Part shown: positions 20,498 to 29,903 of the stretch, piece after piece | How the letters are laid out: each line of letters begins with the position of its first letter | How positions within the stretch are numbered: the stretch's first letter is position 1 | From: Ignavibacteriaceae bacterium | GTDB taxonomy: Bacteria; Bacteroidota; Ignavibacteria; Ignavibacteriales; Ignavibacteriaceae | Length of the DNA stretch: 64,000 nucleotides | Direction: 5' to 3' | Assembly (NCBI GenBank): GCA_963662605.1 | Contig: OY759785.1 | Location: 1,725,721 to 1,789,720, forward strand | Program-made: the position numbers and the translations under genes | The notes under the pieces: model-generated | Told to the model about the DNA's origin: nothing | The model's input: only the letters and a program-made list of their open reading frames with translations | The model's database searches: none

Positions 20498-20606
20498 GAG
20501 GCTGTCCTATAAGTCATTTTTGCTAAAAATAATCCGCGGAAATCTGTGTTATCAGCGTCATCCGCGGGCGATTTCTGACTTTTAAGACAGCCCCTTTTTT
20601 ATTTTT
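20498..20606 (+). terminator. Long nested hairpin plus T-tract (structured terminator or 3'-UTR RNA element)
   Basis: The outer stem pairs GGCTGTCCTATAAGTCA (20500-20516) with TGACTTTTAAGACAGCC (20576-20592), with 2 mismatches. The inner stem pairs CCGCGGA (20534-20540) with TCCGCGG (20561-20567). It is followed by CCCCTTTTTTATTTTTT. Confidence 0.5.
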
Positions 20607-20671
20607 TACCTGTCTCAGGAAATCCCTATTTTGAACTATTGAATTGAAAATATTATAGAATTATTGGAATC

Positions 20672-21130
20672 ATGTATATGGGCTTAAAAGAAAAAGTAAC
20701 CGAAGAAATGAAAACCGCTATGAAATCAGGCGATAAAATCCGCCTCGAAACTGTCCGTTCATTGCGGGCAATGATACTTGAATTTGAAAAAAGCGGTATT
20801 GAACGTGAAATTAACGCGGATGATGAATCGAAAATGTTAAATTCTGCTGTAAAAAAAAGAAAAGAATCAATTGAGCAGTTTACTGCTGCCGGCAGAACTG
20901 AACTTGCCGCCAAAGAGGAAGCTGAACTGAAAATTTTAATGGAGTTCATGCCCAAACAGCTTACCGTGGAGGAAATAGAAGCCGAAGTTAAAAAAGCGGC
21001 CGCCGAAGTCGGGGCGACGGGAAAGGAACATTTTCCGATTCTCATGCCTGCAGTAATGAAAGTACTGAAAGGTAAAGCCGATGGAAAAGTAATTCGCTAC
21101 CTTGTTGAAAAAACTTTAGGTATGAATTGA
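20672..21130 (+). CDS. yqeY: GatB/YqeY domain-containing protein
   Basis: LKEKVTEEMKTAMKSGDKIRLETVRSLRAMI and the C-terminal KADGKVIRYLVEKTL are typical of the YqeY family. Confidence 0.85.
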   Translation: MYMGLKEKVTEEMKTAMKSGDKIRLETVRSLRAMILEFEKSGIEREINADDESKMLNSAVKKRKESIEQFTAAGRTELAAKEEAELKILMEFMPKQLTVEEIEAEVKKAAAEVGATGKEHFPILMPAVMKVLKGKADGKVIRYLVEKTLGMN

Positions 21131-21642
21131 GCTACATAGATATTATAATTATTGGAGTTTGCGCTTTAGCCTTTTTGTTGGGCTTCAAAGATGGCATTAT
21201 CCGGAAAATCATTGGAACCCTTGGTTTTTTTCTGGCGGTAATTATTGCAATCCGGTTTTCTCCTTTCGGAGGCAAAGCCGTAAGCGCAATAACGTCCATA
21301 GAACCGGAATTCGCTGAGGTTTTAGGCGGGTTTCTTATATTTATTCTTATCATCGTTTTAACCTCCGTAGTTAAACGGCTTGTGCATCCCCACGATAAAG
21401 TCAATAATCTGTTGAATAAGATCATTGGTGGAATTGCCGGAGTGTTGCAGGTACTTATTTTCCTTAGCGCGATATTTTATTTAACGGGAAAATTCAACTT
21501 CCCATCCAAGGCCGTTCAAGATAAATCACTGACCTATTCGACAGTGCAGGGAGTTTTGCCTAAGGCTATTGATCTGCTTTCATCGGTTAAACCGAAAACT
21601 CATATTTTGCCATCAGTAAAAACGGATAAAGACTCGATTTAA
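21127..21642 (+). CDS. cvpA: CvpA family membrane protein
   Basis: IDIIIIGVCALAFLLGFKDGIIRKIIGTLGFFLAVIIA plus four TM helices. The TTG start overlaps the yqeY stop. Confidence 0.7.
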   Translation: MSYIDIIIIGVCALAFLLGFKDGIIRKIIGTLGFFLAVIIAIRFSPFGGKAVSAITSIEPEFAEVLGGFLIFILIIVLTSVVKRLVHPHDKVNNLLNKIIGGIAGVLQVLIFLSAIFYLTGKFNFPSKAVQDKSLTYSTVQGVLPKAIDLLSSVKPKTHILPSVKTDKDSI

Positions 21643-23987
21643 TGCTTCAGACAAATCTTATAGAGAAATTAGAATTCACCAGAATCCTTAAATTCATTTC
21701 ACGATATGCAATTACCTCAGGCGGAAAGGCAAGAATTGAAAACTTACGTCCGTTCAGCGGTAAAGATTATCGTGAACAAGGCGATCTTGTTTCTCAGGCA
21801 AAAGAAATCCTTATTAAAGAATCGAATCTCCCGTTTGAAAATCTGCCGGATTTAACAGAAGAGCTTGCCTTAAGCAGAATTGACGGCGCAGTACTTGCAG
21901 CCCCAAAGATACTTGCAATTTACCGTTTAGCAGTATGCTCAAGGGAAATACTTTCCTTTCTCAAGCAAAACACGGATGTCGCTCCGGATTTGGGTTTATT
22001 TACCGAGTCATTATTTCTTGATAAAGTTTTTGAGCACCACATAACCAAGATTCTTGATGAAAATGGGGAAGTAAAAGATTCTGCGAGCAAAGAGCTAACC
22101 CAAATCAGGAATGAGATCAACGAGCGAAGTGCTGAATTAAGAAAATTAGTTGCACGTTTGGCGCGGGATCTTTCGGAAAGCAAGCTGATGCAGGAAGAGT
22201 ATCTGACGCTCCGGGACGGAAGAATTGTAATCCCTGTTAAAGCTGAGTATAAAAGGCAGATAAAGGGTTTCATTCATTCAGAGTCAGCCTCAGGCCAGAC
22301 GGTCTACATTGAACCGGAAGAAACACTGCATCTGAACAACGAGATAATCACGCTTACCTTTGCAGAGAAGCGGGAAATTGAGCGGCTGCTCAAAGAGTTG
22401 ACAAAGAAAATCGGCAGCGTCAGCCATCTGTTAAAACAGGCGTTAGACACGATAGCAGAACTGGACTCGATTTTTTCCCGTGCTCATTACTCAATTGAAA
22501 TTATTGGTGCTTTCCCCACAATTGATAACAACCGTCCGTTTACACTGAATGATGCACGACACCCACTGCTCATTCAGAAACTCGGAAGAAATAATACCGT
22601 TCCGTTAGACCTCGAAATTCAAAATGACAGAGTTATTGTTATTACCGGCCCAAATGCCGGCGGTAAGACTGTGGTATTGAAAACTGTCGGCTTGCTAACG
22701 TTAATGGTGCAGGCTGGTATTCATATACCGGCATCACCTGACTCTAATTTTCACAATTTCACCGATGTATTCGTTGATATTGGTGATCAGCAGTCAATTG
22801 AAGATGACCTGAGTACATTCAGTTCCCATCTATCTAATATTAAACGGATATTGGACCACGCGAACAGCTCGGTGCTTGTTTTATTGGATGAACTCGGTAC
22901 CGGCACAGATCCATCTGCGGGGGCGGCCTTGGGTACAGCCGTGCTGCATACGTTGAATGAAAAGAAAGCCACCGTACTCGCATCAACACACCACGGTAAC
23001 CTGAAAGTACTTGCCCAGTCATTTGCAGGATTTCAGAACGCTGCCATGCAATTTGATACGGAAAAACTTATTCCGACTTACCAATTTAAACAGGGACTGC
23101 CCGGTTCAAGCTATGCATTCGAAATCGCTATGAGGTTGGGTTTCAATCCGGCTTTTATTTCGTCAGCTCAGAAATATCTTGATAATAAAGAATTCAATAT
23201 CGAAAAGATACTCGTTGACATAGAGAAAAAAGAGTACGAATTAAAGGGTAAGCTCCGGCAATATGAAGTAGAGAATTCTCGACTGAAGGGTCTGTCGAAT
23301 ATGTATGAGCAGCGGGTTTCAAAATTGGAATTAGAAAAAAAGCAGATTTTGAAAAAGACAAAAGAGGAAGCAGAACAATTTCTTAAAGAGGCAAATAGAG
23401 AAATTGAGCGAACGGTCAAAGAAATTAAAGAAACTCAGGCTGCGAAACAGACCGTGAAAAGTGCAAAGTCAACTGTTGATTCTATTCTAAGTAGAACGAA
23501 GAATCTTTTACCCGATGAAAAAGAGGAAAAGTTAGTAATTGCAGAAGTCCACGTTGACGATATGGTGAAAATAAAACAGACAGGCACGGTGGGAAAAGTC
23601 ATGTGGGTGGACAAAGAAAAGAACAGCGTCAAAATCCTTTCGGGAAATATTCCGATGACCGTCAAACTTTCTCAGGTTGAGCCTGCTGACAAAAAAACGG
23701 TAAAAGAGCTATCAAATGTTCATGCCGAAAATTTTAAGAGCACTTTAAACTATCGGCTTGATATCAGGGGGCAAAAACCGGAAGATGCTGAATTGAAAAT
23801 TCTTCGCTTCATTGATGAGGCATACACGACAGGGCAGGACAGAGTTGAAATTCTTCACGGAAAGGGAACAGGGGTGCTGAAAAAAATGGTGCAAACCATT
23901 GCCAAAGAACATATTGGCGTTTCAAAATACTACTACGCACCGGTTGAATACGGTGGTGAAGGTATTACAATTATTGAACTTTCTTAA
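21642..23987 (+). CDS. mutS2: Endonuclease MutS2 (MutS domain V ATPase + C-terminal Smr domain)
   Basis: Walker A ITGPNAGGKTV, then LLDELGTGTDPSAGAAL and a coiled-coil region. The C-terminal Smr domain reads LDIRGQKPEDA...VEILHGKGTGVLKK. Confidence 0.9.
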   Translation: MLQTNLIEKLEFTRILKFISRYAITSGGKARIENLRPFSGKDYREQGDLVSQAKEILIKESNLPFENLPDLTEELALSRIDGAVLAAPKILAIYRLAVCSREILSFLKQNTDVAPDLGLFTESLFLDKVFEHHITKILDENGEVKDSASKELTQIRNEINERSAELRKLVARLARDLSESKLMQEEYLTLRDGRIVIPVKAEYKRQIKGFIHSESASGQTVYIEPEETLHLNNEIITLTFAEKREIERLLKELTKKIGSVSHLLKQALDTIAELDSIFSRAHYSIEIIGAFPTIDNNRPFTLNDARHPLLIQKLGRNNTVPLDLEIQNDRVIVITGPNAGGKTVVLKTVGLLTLMVQAGIHIPASPDSNFHNFTDVFVDIGDQQSIEDDLSTFSSHLSNIKRILDHANSSVLVLLDELGTGTDPSAGAALGTAVLHTLNEKKATVLASTHHGNLKVLAQSFAGFQNAAMQFDTEKLIPTYQFKQGLPGSSYAFEIAMRLGFNPAFISSAQKYLDNKEFNIEKILVDIEKKEYELKGKLRQYEVENSRLKGLSNMYEQRVSKLELEKKQILKKTKEEAEQFLKEANREIERTVKEIKETQAAKQTVKSAKSTVDSILSRTKNLLPDEKEEKLVIAEVHVDDMVKIKQTGTVGKVMWVDKEKNSVKILSGNIPMTVKLSQVEPADKKTVKELSNVHAENFKSTLNYRLDIRGQKPEDAELKILRFIDEAYTTGQDRVEILHGKGTGVLKKMVQTIAKEHIGVSKYYYAPVEYGGEGITIIELS

Positions 23988-24288
23988 TCTTTGAATCATT
24001 TTAGAAAATATTTCATCCAACCTTAAAAAAGATTCATCTTCACTCGAATAAAATTATTATTATATTCAATAATAAAATTTTATTATCTTTAATGAATTAA
24101 TTATGGCAATTATTCAGAAAAGATTAGTTGGGTAGTTGATTGATGCAGTGTTAATCGAGAATCTTGAGTTAAGCATAGAGTGGTCACAAGATGATTATTC
24201 TATTTTTTATTCGAGTTCGATAATTAACAAATAAGGAAAGTACATTTTATGTACCTTGCCTATCAATCACAAATCATAAGGAGGTTCT

Positions 24289-25569
24289 GTGAAAGTTCGT
24301 AATATTACACTTTCGCTTCTTTTTGTTCTATTCTCAAGTTTAGTATATGCTGGTGGATTCCAGATTAACGAGCATGGCGCTCGTGCAATGGCTATGGGTG
24401 GTGCTGTTACCGCAATCGGTACGGACGCTTCGGCCATTTACTACAATAACGCTGCTATCACAAAATTGCCCGGATTGAATGTTATGCTTGGTACAACTTT
24501 GATTGCGCCAAGTTCTACTTTTACCGGCAAGGCAAGTGGTGTGGAAAATACAATGTCAAGGCAGACATTTTATCCGTCACACGCCTACGTAACTTATGCA
24601 CTCCGTGAAGATCTCGTTGTCGGTTTAGGTTTCAACGATCCTTTTGGACTTGGTACCAAATGGGATGACAACTGGGAAGCAAAATATAACTGGATCAAAG
24701 CTGATGTTAAGGTTTATTCAATTCTGCCGACAATAGCTTACAAATTTTCTCAGAATTTATCAGTCGGCGTATCTATTCAGTACAACTTAGGTTCAGTTAA
24801 CATGGCAAAGAAAGCTCCTGTTGTAATTACATCTCCTGCTTTTGTTAACTTTGGTGATTCCTACGTTAATCTTGAAGCAAAAGATAATCAAACATTTGGC
24901 GTAAACGTTGGCGTTTTATGGAATGTCAATGATCAGCTGGATTTAGGATTGTCATATCGCAGTGCTGTTACATACAAATTCACAGGAACTGCTTCATCAA
25001 CAATGCCGTCTACCGTTCCAGCTCCTTACCAGTCTGCAATTGCAGCAAAATTACCTCATGGTGAAATTTCAGGAGATCTCGTAACTCCAAAACAACTTCA
25101 GGTTGGTGTTGGCTACAAAGTAACTCCTAAACTTCAACTCTCTGGCGATTTCCAGTATATCGGCTGGTCAAGTTATGACAGATTGACCTTCGTATTCAAA
25201 TCAATGAATTCTTCAAGTACAACAGTTCGTGATTACAAAAATACTTTCATCGGACGTGTTGGTGCTGAATTGTTGGCTTCAGACGCTCTTGCTTTACGCG
25301 CCGGTTTATTATATGATAAAAACCCGGTAAAAGATGAATTGCTTGACGCTTCATTACCAGATGCTGATAGAATCGGTGTTTCAGTTGGCTTAGGTTACAA
25401 AATCACAAGACATATCGCGGTTGATGTAGCTTATTTATTCTTAAGCTTTGCTGACCGTACTATCACGAACTCAACAGTTGATGAGAATCCTCTTGCCGGT
25501 ACAAAGATGAATGGTACATATAAATCATCTGCGAATTTGGTTTCGTTAAGCGTATCGTATTCGTTATAA
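24289..25569 (+). CDS. Outer membrane transport protein, OMPP1/FadL/TodX family
   Basis: GTG start 7 nt after a strong AAGGAGG site, followed by a signal peptide. Shows GGFQINEHGARAMAMGGA...DASAIYYNNAAI and a C-terminal beta-strand ending in aromatic residues. Confidence 0.8.
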   Translation: MKVRNITLSLLFVLFSSLVYAGGFQINEHGARAMAMGGAVTAIGTDASAIYYNNAAITKLPGLNVMLGTTLIAPSSTFTGKASGVENTMSRQTFYPSHAYVTYALREDLVVGLGFNDPFGLGTKWDDNWEAKYNWIKADVKVYSILPTIAYKFSQNLSVGVSIQYNLGSVNMAKKAPVVITSPAFVNFGDSYVNLEAKDNQTFGVNVGVLWNVNDQLDLGLSYRSAVTYKFTGTASSTMPSTVPAPYQSAIAAKLPHGEISGDLVTPKQLQVGVGYKVTPKLQLSGDFQYIGWSSYDRLTFVFKSMNSSSTTVRDYKNTFIGRVGAELLASDALALRAGLLYDKNPVKDELLDASLPDADRIGVSVGLGYKITRHIAVDVAYLFLSFADRTITNSTVDENPLAGTKMNGTYKSSANLVSLSVSYSL

Positions 25570-25591
25570 AATAAGATATCGTATGATTATG

Positions 25592-25620
25592 AAAAGAGCG
25601 GGCTACCCCCGCTCTTTTTT
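25592..25620 (+). terminator. Rho-independent terminator
   Basis: AAAAGAGCGGG-CTACC-CCCGCTCTTTTTT, directly after the stop at 25569. Confidence 0.85.
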
Positions 25621-25694
25621 TATTTATAAATCACTTCTCTTTTACTATTTTGCTCATAAACTTTCGCGTTTTTCAATAATAACAGGTGCATACA

Positions 25695-26123
25695 ATGAAG
25701 AATGTATTTCTGCTTTTCGGATCGTTTTTGATGCTGGTTTATTTTGCGGGCTGTTCCTCACAACCGGCAGAAAACTCTCAGGATAAAGCATCACAGAAGC
25801 CGGTGATTGATACTCTAAAGGTTGTCGAAGCACCTGACACTATGAAAACCGAAGCAAAAGCAGATAGTATTGACATACCGTCCGGTAAAAAATTTACCGT
25901 TCAGATAGGTGCCTTTACTACAATTGATAAAGCAAATTCACTTTCTTCTGAAGCAGGTAAGGTTTTTCAGAAAGATTTCGTAGTCAGTTATAATGATGTT
26001 ATCAAATTATACGTTGTCCGCTCAATACCCTTGTTTGATACTAAACTCGAAGCTGAATCTTTGAAGGCGGAGATACAAAAAATAAAAGGTTATGAAGACG
26101 CCTGGGTTGTAACTCTTGAATAA
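25695..26123 (+). CDS. SPOR domain lipoprotein
   Basis: Lipobox YFAGC. The C-terminal KFTVQIGAFTTIDKANSLSSE...VVSYNDVIKLYVVRSIPL...KAEIQKIKGYEDAWVV is SPOR-like. I prefer the ATG at 25695 over the GTG at 25686. Confidence 0.7.
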   Translation: MKNVFLLFGSFLMLVYFAGCSSQPAENSQDKASQKPVIDTLKVVEAPDTMKTEAKADSIDIPSGKKFTVQIGAFTTIDKANSLSSEAGKVFQKDFVVSYNDVIKLYVVRSIPLFDTKLEAESLKAEIQKIKGYEDAWVVTLE

Positions 26124-26166
26124 CTGAAATGCGCGATTTAATTCCGCTTTTCACGAAGAAGGTTTT

Positions 26167-26979
26167 ATGTACCACCAAACCAAACAACCGACAATAGATG
26201 AAATCCGCGATTTCCGGAAAAAGATTCTGGGGTGGTATAAAAAGAATAAGCGTGACCTTCCTTGGCGCAGCACATCCGACCCATATCATATTCTCGTATC
26301 GGAATTCATGCTTCAGCAGACTCAGGTTTCCCGCGTCACAGGTTTCTATGACCGGTTTCTGATAAAACTTCCGACCATTCAACATCTGGCAAGAGCCAAC
26401 CGAAAGACCCTGCTGACATTATGGTCCGGACTCGGTTATAATAACCGCGCGCTGCGGCTGCAGGAGTCGGCTAAAATTATCTGCAAGCAATACGGCGGGA
26501 AAATACCGGATTCCTACGAGCGGTTAATCGCATTACCCGGTATTGGTGATTACATTGCCTCTGCTGTGTTAGCATTCGCGTACAATTTATCTGTTCCTGT
26601 TATTGACATCAATATACGCAGAGTGCTGATTCACGAGTTTTCGCTTCCCGATAGCATATCTTTACCGGAGTTGAAAGAATTGGCCGGAAAACTCATCCCG
26701 AAATCTAAGTCGGCAATTTGGCATAATGCTCTTATGGATTATGGAAGCTCTTTGCACGTTGATGTGAAAAAGAAAATACCTCCGATGACAAAGCAGAGCA
26801 CTTTCAAAGGTTCCGACAGGGAGCTGCGGGGGGAGATTCTCAGGAGATTGATTAAGAACGGGAAAGTGAAAATTTCCGATTTAGAGACTGAATTTCCCGG
26901 CGACAGAATCAAGCGGGCAGTTGATGGTTTAGTTAAAGATAAATTAGTTGAAAAAACCGCTGGATTTGTGAAAATCTGA
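26167..26979 (+). CDS. MutY-like HhH-GPD adenine glycosylase, short form lacking Fe-S cluster cysteines and the NUDIX-like domain
   Basis: DLPWRSTSDPYHILVSEFMLQQTQVSRV (catalytic Glu context), HhH LPGIGDYIASAV and VIDINIRRV (catalytic Asp context). There is only one Cys in 270 aa. Confidence 0.75.
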   Translation: MYHQTKQPTIDEIRDFRKKILGWYKKNKRDLPWRSTSDPYHILVSEFMLQQTQVSRVTGFYDRFLIKLPTIQHLARANRKTLLTLWSGLGYNNRALRLQESAKIICKQYGGKIPDSYERLIALPGIGDYIASAVLAFAYNLSVPVIDINIRRVLIHEFSLPDSISLPELKELAGKLIPKSKSAIWHNALMDYGSSLHVDVKKKIPPMTKQSTFKGSDRELRGEILRRLIKNGKVKISDLETEFPGDRIKRAVDGLVKDKLVEKTAGFVKI

Positions 26980-27102
26980 GCAAAAAACAGGGGTTTTTGC
27001 AGGTCGCTTAAATGAACTTTACCTTAGGGTAGATTGTTTCAGTATTATATGAAAAGTTGCCTTTTTACTTTAAAAACAGAATATCCGGAATAATTTCAAA
27101 TC

Positions 27103-27798
27103 ATGGCAAAAAAGCTTGAATACTTAAATCTCGGTGTTGTTCCATATCAGGATGCCTGGGAGCTGCAAAAGAGTATAATGGTGCAGCGAAAAGCGGAAAA
27201 AACAGATGACGTGTTCATTTTACTGGAACATCCGCATACATACACGTTAGGCAAGGTTGCCAAACGGGAACACCTGCTATTTTCAGAAAATGAACTGAAA
27301 CAAAAGGAAATTTCGACGTTTGAAATTGATCGCGGTGGTGATATAACCTATCACGGACCCGGGCAAATCGTAGGATATCCGATAATCAATCTTAAAAATT
27401 GGTACGCGGATTCTCACAAGTATTTGAGAACGTTGGAAGAGGTTATTATCAAGGTTCTAGAAGAATTTGGAATTGCAGCCGGTCGGAACCCGAAATACAC
27501 CGGTGTTTGGGTAGATGACCGAAAAATTGCCGCAATCGGCATAAAAATATCAAGTTGGATAACGATGCACGGGTTTGCTTTTAATGTGAATACGGATTTG
27601 TCACTGTTTAACGGTATTATTCCATGTGGAATAAAAGAAAAGGATGTTACGTCCCTGCAGGAGCTGACTGGTCAGCTGCAGGATATTCAAGTTATCAAAC
27701 AAAATGTACTTCGGCATTTCATGGAAATATTTGACTATACGGATGTGGAATCATTGGACAATGCCGAGAAATACCTCATCAATTCGAGAGAAAATTAA
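27103..27798 (+). CDS. lipB: Octanoyltransferase (lipoyl(octanoyl) transferase)
   Basis: LEHPHTYTLG, RGGDITYHGPGQIVGYPI, KIAAIGIKIS and IIPCGI motifs. Confidence 0.9.
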   Translation: MAKKLEYLNLGVVPYQDAWELQKSIMVQRKAEKTDDVFILLEHPHTYTLGKVAKREHLLFSENELKQKEISTFEIDRGGDITYHGPGQIVGYPIINLKNWYADSHKYLRTLEEVIIKVLEEFGIAAGRNPKYTGVWVDDRKIAAIGIKISSWITMHGFAFNVNTDLSLFNGIIPCGIKEKDVTSLQELTGQLQDIQVIKQNVLRHFMEIFDYTDVESLDNAEKYLINSREN

Positions 27799-29876
27799 TG
27801 CAGGAAAATATAATTTCGCTTCATTCCCAAAGAAGCACAAAAACGATTCAAGGCTTTGATAAAGAGATCACTTTTTCAAAGGCTGAGATAATAAAATACT
27901 TCAGTCTTATGTATCAAGCTCGTCAGATTGATACCAAGGCGATGAATTACTTAAAACAGGGGAAGTCCTATTTCCACATCGCCGGGGCAGGTCATGAAGC
28001 TATTCAAGTTGCTTTAGCATCACAGATGAATCCGCAGATAGATTGGTTCTTTCCATACTATCGCGATTTGGCATTTATCATGACGTTGGGAGTAACACCA
28101 AAAGACTTTTTTTACCAGTGCTTCGGTAAAGTCGAAGATATTTCGGGTGGTGGAAGACAGCTTCCTTGCCATTGGGGTGCGACAAATATTAATATTCCGG
28201 CGCAATCAAGCCCAACAGGGACGCAGTTCCTTCAGGCTGTTGGCACCGCTTTAGCCGCAAGAAAGAAGGGCATCAAGAGTGTTTCGTATGTATCCTCAGG
28301 AGAAGGAACGACAAGTCAGGGTGAATTTCATGAGGCAATAAATTGGGCAAGCCGTGAAAAGCTGCCGGTAATATTCGTTGTTCAGAATAACAAATATGCC
28401 ATCTCTGTACCTGTCTCACAGCAGAGCGGTGGGGAAGGAAGCTCAATCGCCGAAATGATGAAAGGTTATCATAATCTGCTGCGCATGAAAATTGACGGTA
28501 CCGATTTTAAGGAATCATATGCCGCTGCTGCTGAAGCTCTTGAGTATGTTCGTTCCGGCTCAGGACCGGTACTCATTGAAGCCGAAGTTGTCAGGCTTCA
28601 CAGCCATTCATCGTCAGATGATCAGAAAAAATACAGACAAAAAAGTGACCTCGAAGAGGACTTGCGCCGCTGCCCGATTGAGAAATTCTCTTCAATCGTA
28701 ACAGCTGATGGACTCATCAGTGAAGCCGAACTGGCCGAGCTTAAAGCATCAATAAATAAACAGGTTGAAAATGCGGCCGAAGCCGCATTAAAAGGAACTG
28801 AGCCGACAGCTGATACGGTTGAAAGGGATGTCTTTGATGAAAGCGGATACGCTGATACTTTGGAATACGAGAAAACCACCCCGTCCGGAAAAAATATTGT
28901 AATGGTTGATGCCATTAATCACGCTTTACATGAGGAGCTTGAAAGAAACTCCCAAATATATGTTTTCGGCGAGGACATTGAGGATGATAAGGGCGGGGTA
29001 TTTACTGCGACACGCGGCCTCTCAAAGAAATTTGGCAGGGAAAGAGTATTTAACTCACCTTTGGCGGAAGCCAGTATTGTCGGTGTGGCAACCGGAATGA
29101 GTCTTACCGGATTAAAGCCTGTGGTAGAAATTCAGTTTGGTGACTATATCTGGCCGGCATTCCTGCAATTCAAGGATGAAATAGCCTCGTTTAGATACCG
29201 TTCAGCAAATAGCTGGACTGCCCCGGTTGTTACGAGAGTTGCTGTAGGCGGCTATATTCACGGTGGTATATATCACAGCCAAAACATTGAATCAATATTT
29301 GCCCACATACCCGGCATTATGATTGCTTATCCATCTAACGCAGCGGATGCAAAAGGACTTCTCAAAACTGCTATACGATTGAAAGATCCTGTCCTGTTTT
29401 GCGAGCATAAGGGTCTTTACCGGCAAAGCTATGCTTCGGCTCCCGAACCCGATAAAGATTATTTAGTGCCTTTCGGAAAAGCTAAGGTTGTTAAAGAAGG
29501 TGATGATGTAACTGTCGTATCGTACGGACAAACACTTTGGTATGCTGTGGGAGCCGCTAATAAATTAGAAGAAGAAGGCTATTCAGTTGAAGTTATTGAT
29601 ATAAGAACGATAATTCCTTTGGATGTAGAGACTATCTATAATTCGGTTAAGAAAACCGGTAAAGTTATTGTAATCCATGAAGACACAATGACCGCCGGAT
29701 TTGGCGCTGAGATTGCGGCAAAAATTGCAGAGAATTGCTTCGAACATTTAGACGGTCCTGTTAAAAGAATAGCTGCTAAGGATGCACACGTACCGTATAG
29801 TCCGATTTTGGAGAACGCGATGCTCCCGTCACGCGAAGAAATATATAACAGTATAAAGAATTTGTTACTTTATTAA
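27798..29876 (+). CDS. 2-oxoacid dehydrogenase E1 component, fused alpha+beta subunits (TPP-dependent)
   Basis: The N-terminal half is alpha-like (GAGHEAIQVA..., SGEGTTSQGEFHEAINWAS, VVQNNKYAIS). The C-terminal half is beta-like (VFGEDI..GGVF..T.GL...RVFNSPLAEA.IVG). The start overlaps the lipB stop (TAATG). Confidence 0.85.
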   Translation: MQENIISLHSQRSTKTIQGFDKEITFSKAEIIKYFSLMYQARQIDTKAMNYLKQGKSYFHIAGAGHEAIQVALASQMNPQIDWFFPYYRDLAFIMTLGVTPKDFFYQCFGKVEDISGGGRQLPCHWGATNINIPAQSSPTGTQFLQAVGTALAARKKGIKSVSYVSSGEGTTSQGEFHEAINWASREKLPVIFVVQNNKYAISVPVSQQSGGEGSSIAEMMKGYHNLLRMKIDGTDFKESYAAAAEALEYVRSGSGPVLIEAEVVRLHSHSSSDDQKKYRQKSDLEEDLRRCPIEKFSSIVTADGLISEAELAELKASINKQVENAAEAALKGTEPTADTVERDVFDESGYADTLEYEKTTPSGKNIVMVDAINHALHEELERNSQIYVFGEDIEDDKGGVFTATRGLSKKFGRERVFNSPLAEASIVGVATGMSLTGLKPVVEIQFGDYIWPAFLQFKDEIASFRYRSANSWTAPVVTRVAVGGYIHGGIYHSQNIESIFAHIPGIMIAYPSNAADAKGLLKTAIRLKDPVLFCEHKGLYRQSYASAPEPDKDYLVPFGKAKVVKEGDDVTVVSYGQTLWYAVGAANKLEEEGYSVEVIDIRTIIPLDVETIYNSVKKTGKVIVIHEDTMTAGFGAEIAAKIAENCFEHLDGPVKRIAAKDAHVPYSPILENAMLPSREEIYNSIKNLLLY

Positions 29877-29903
29877 ATGGCACGATGGAATAAAGGATAG
29901 AGC

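Noticed and set aside
20653-21045. Minus-strand 130-aa ORF antisense to yqeY. Similar antisense ORFs occur at 21132-21425 (cvpA), 21920-22273 and 23168-23665 (mutS2), 30281-30808 (E2), 31363-31698 (lipA), 52243-52614 (glxK), 53843-54246 (thyA/folA) and 56803-57228 (CNNM).
   Set aside because: Each overlaps a sense-strand gene with strong family motifs. Their translations are Ser/Ala/Ile-rich low-complexity sequences without motifs.
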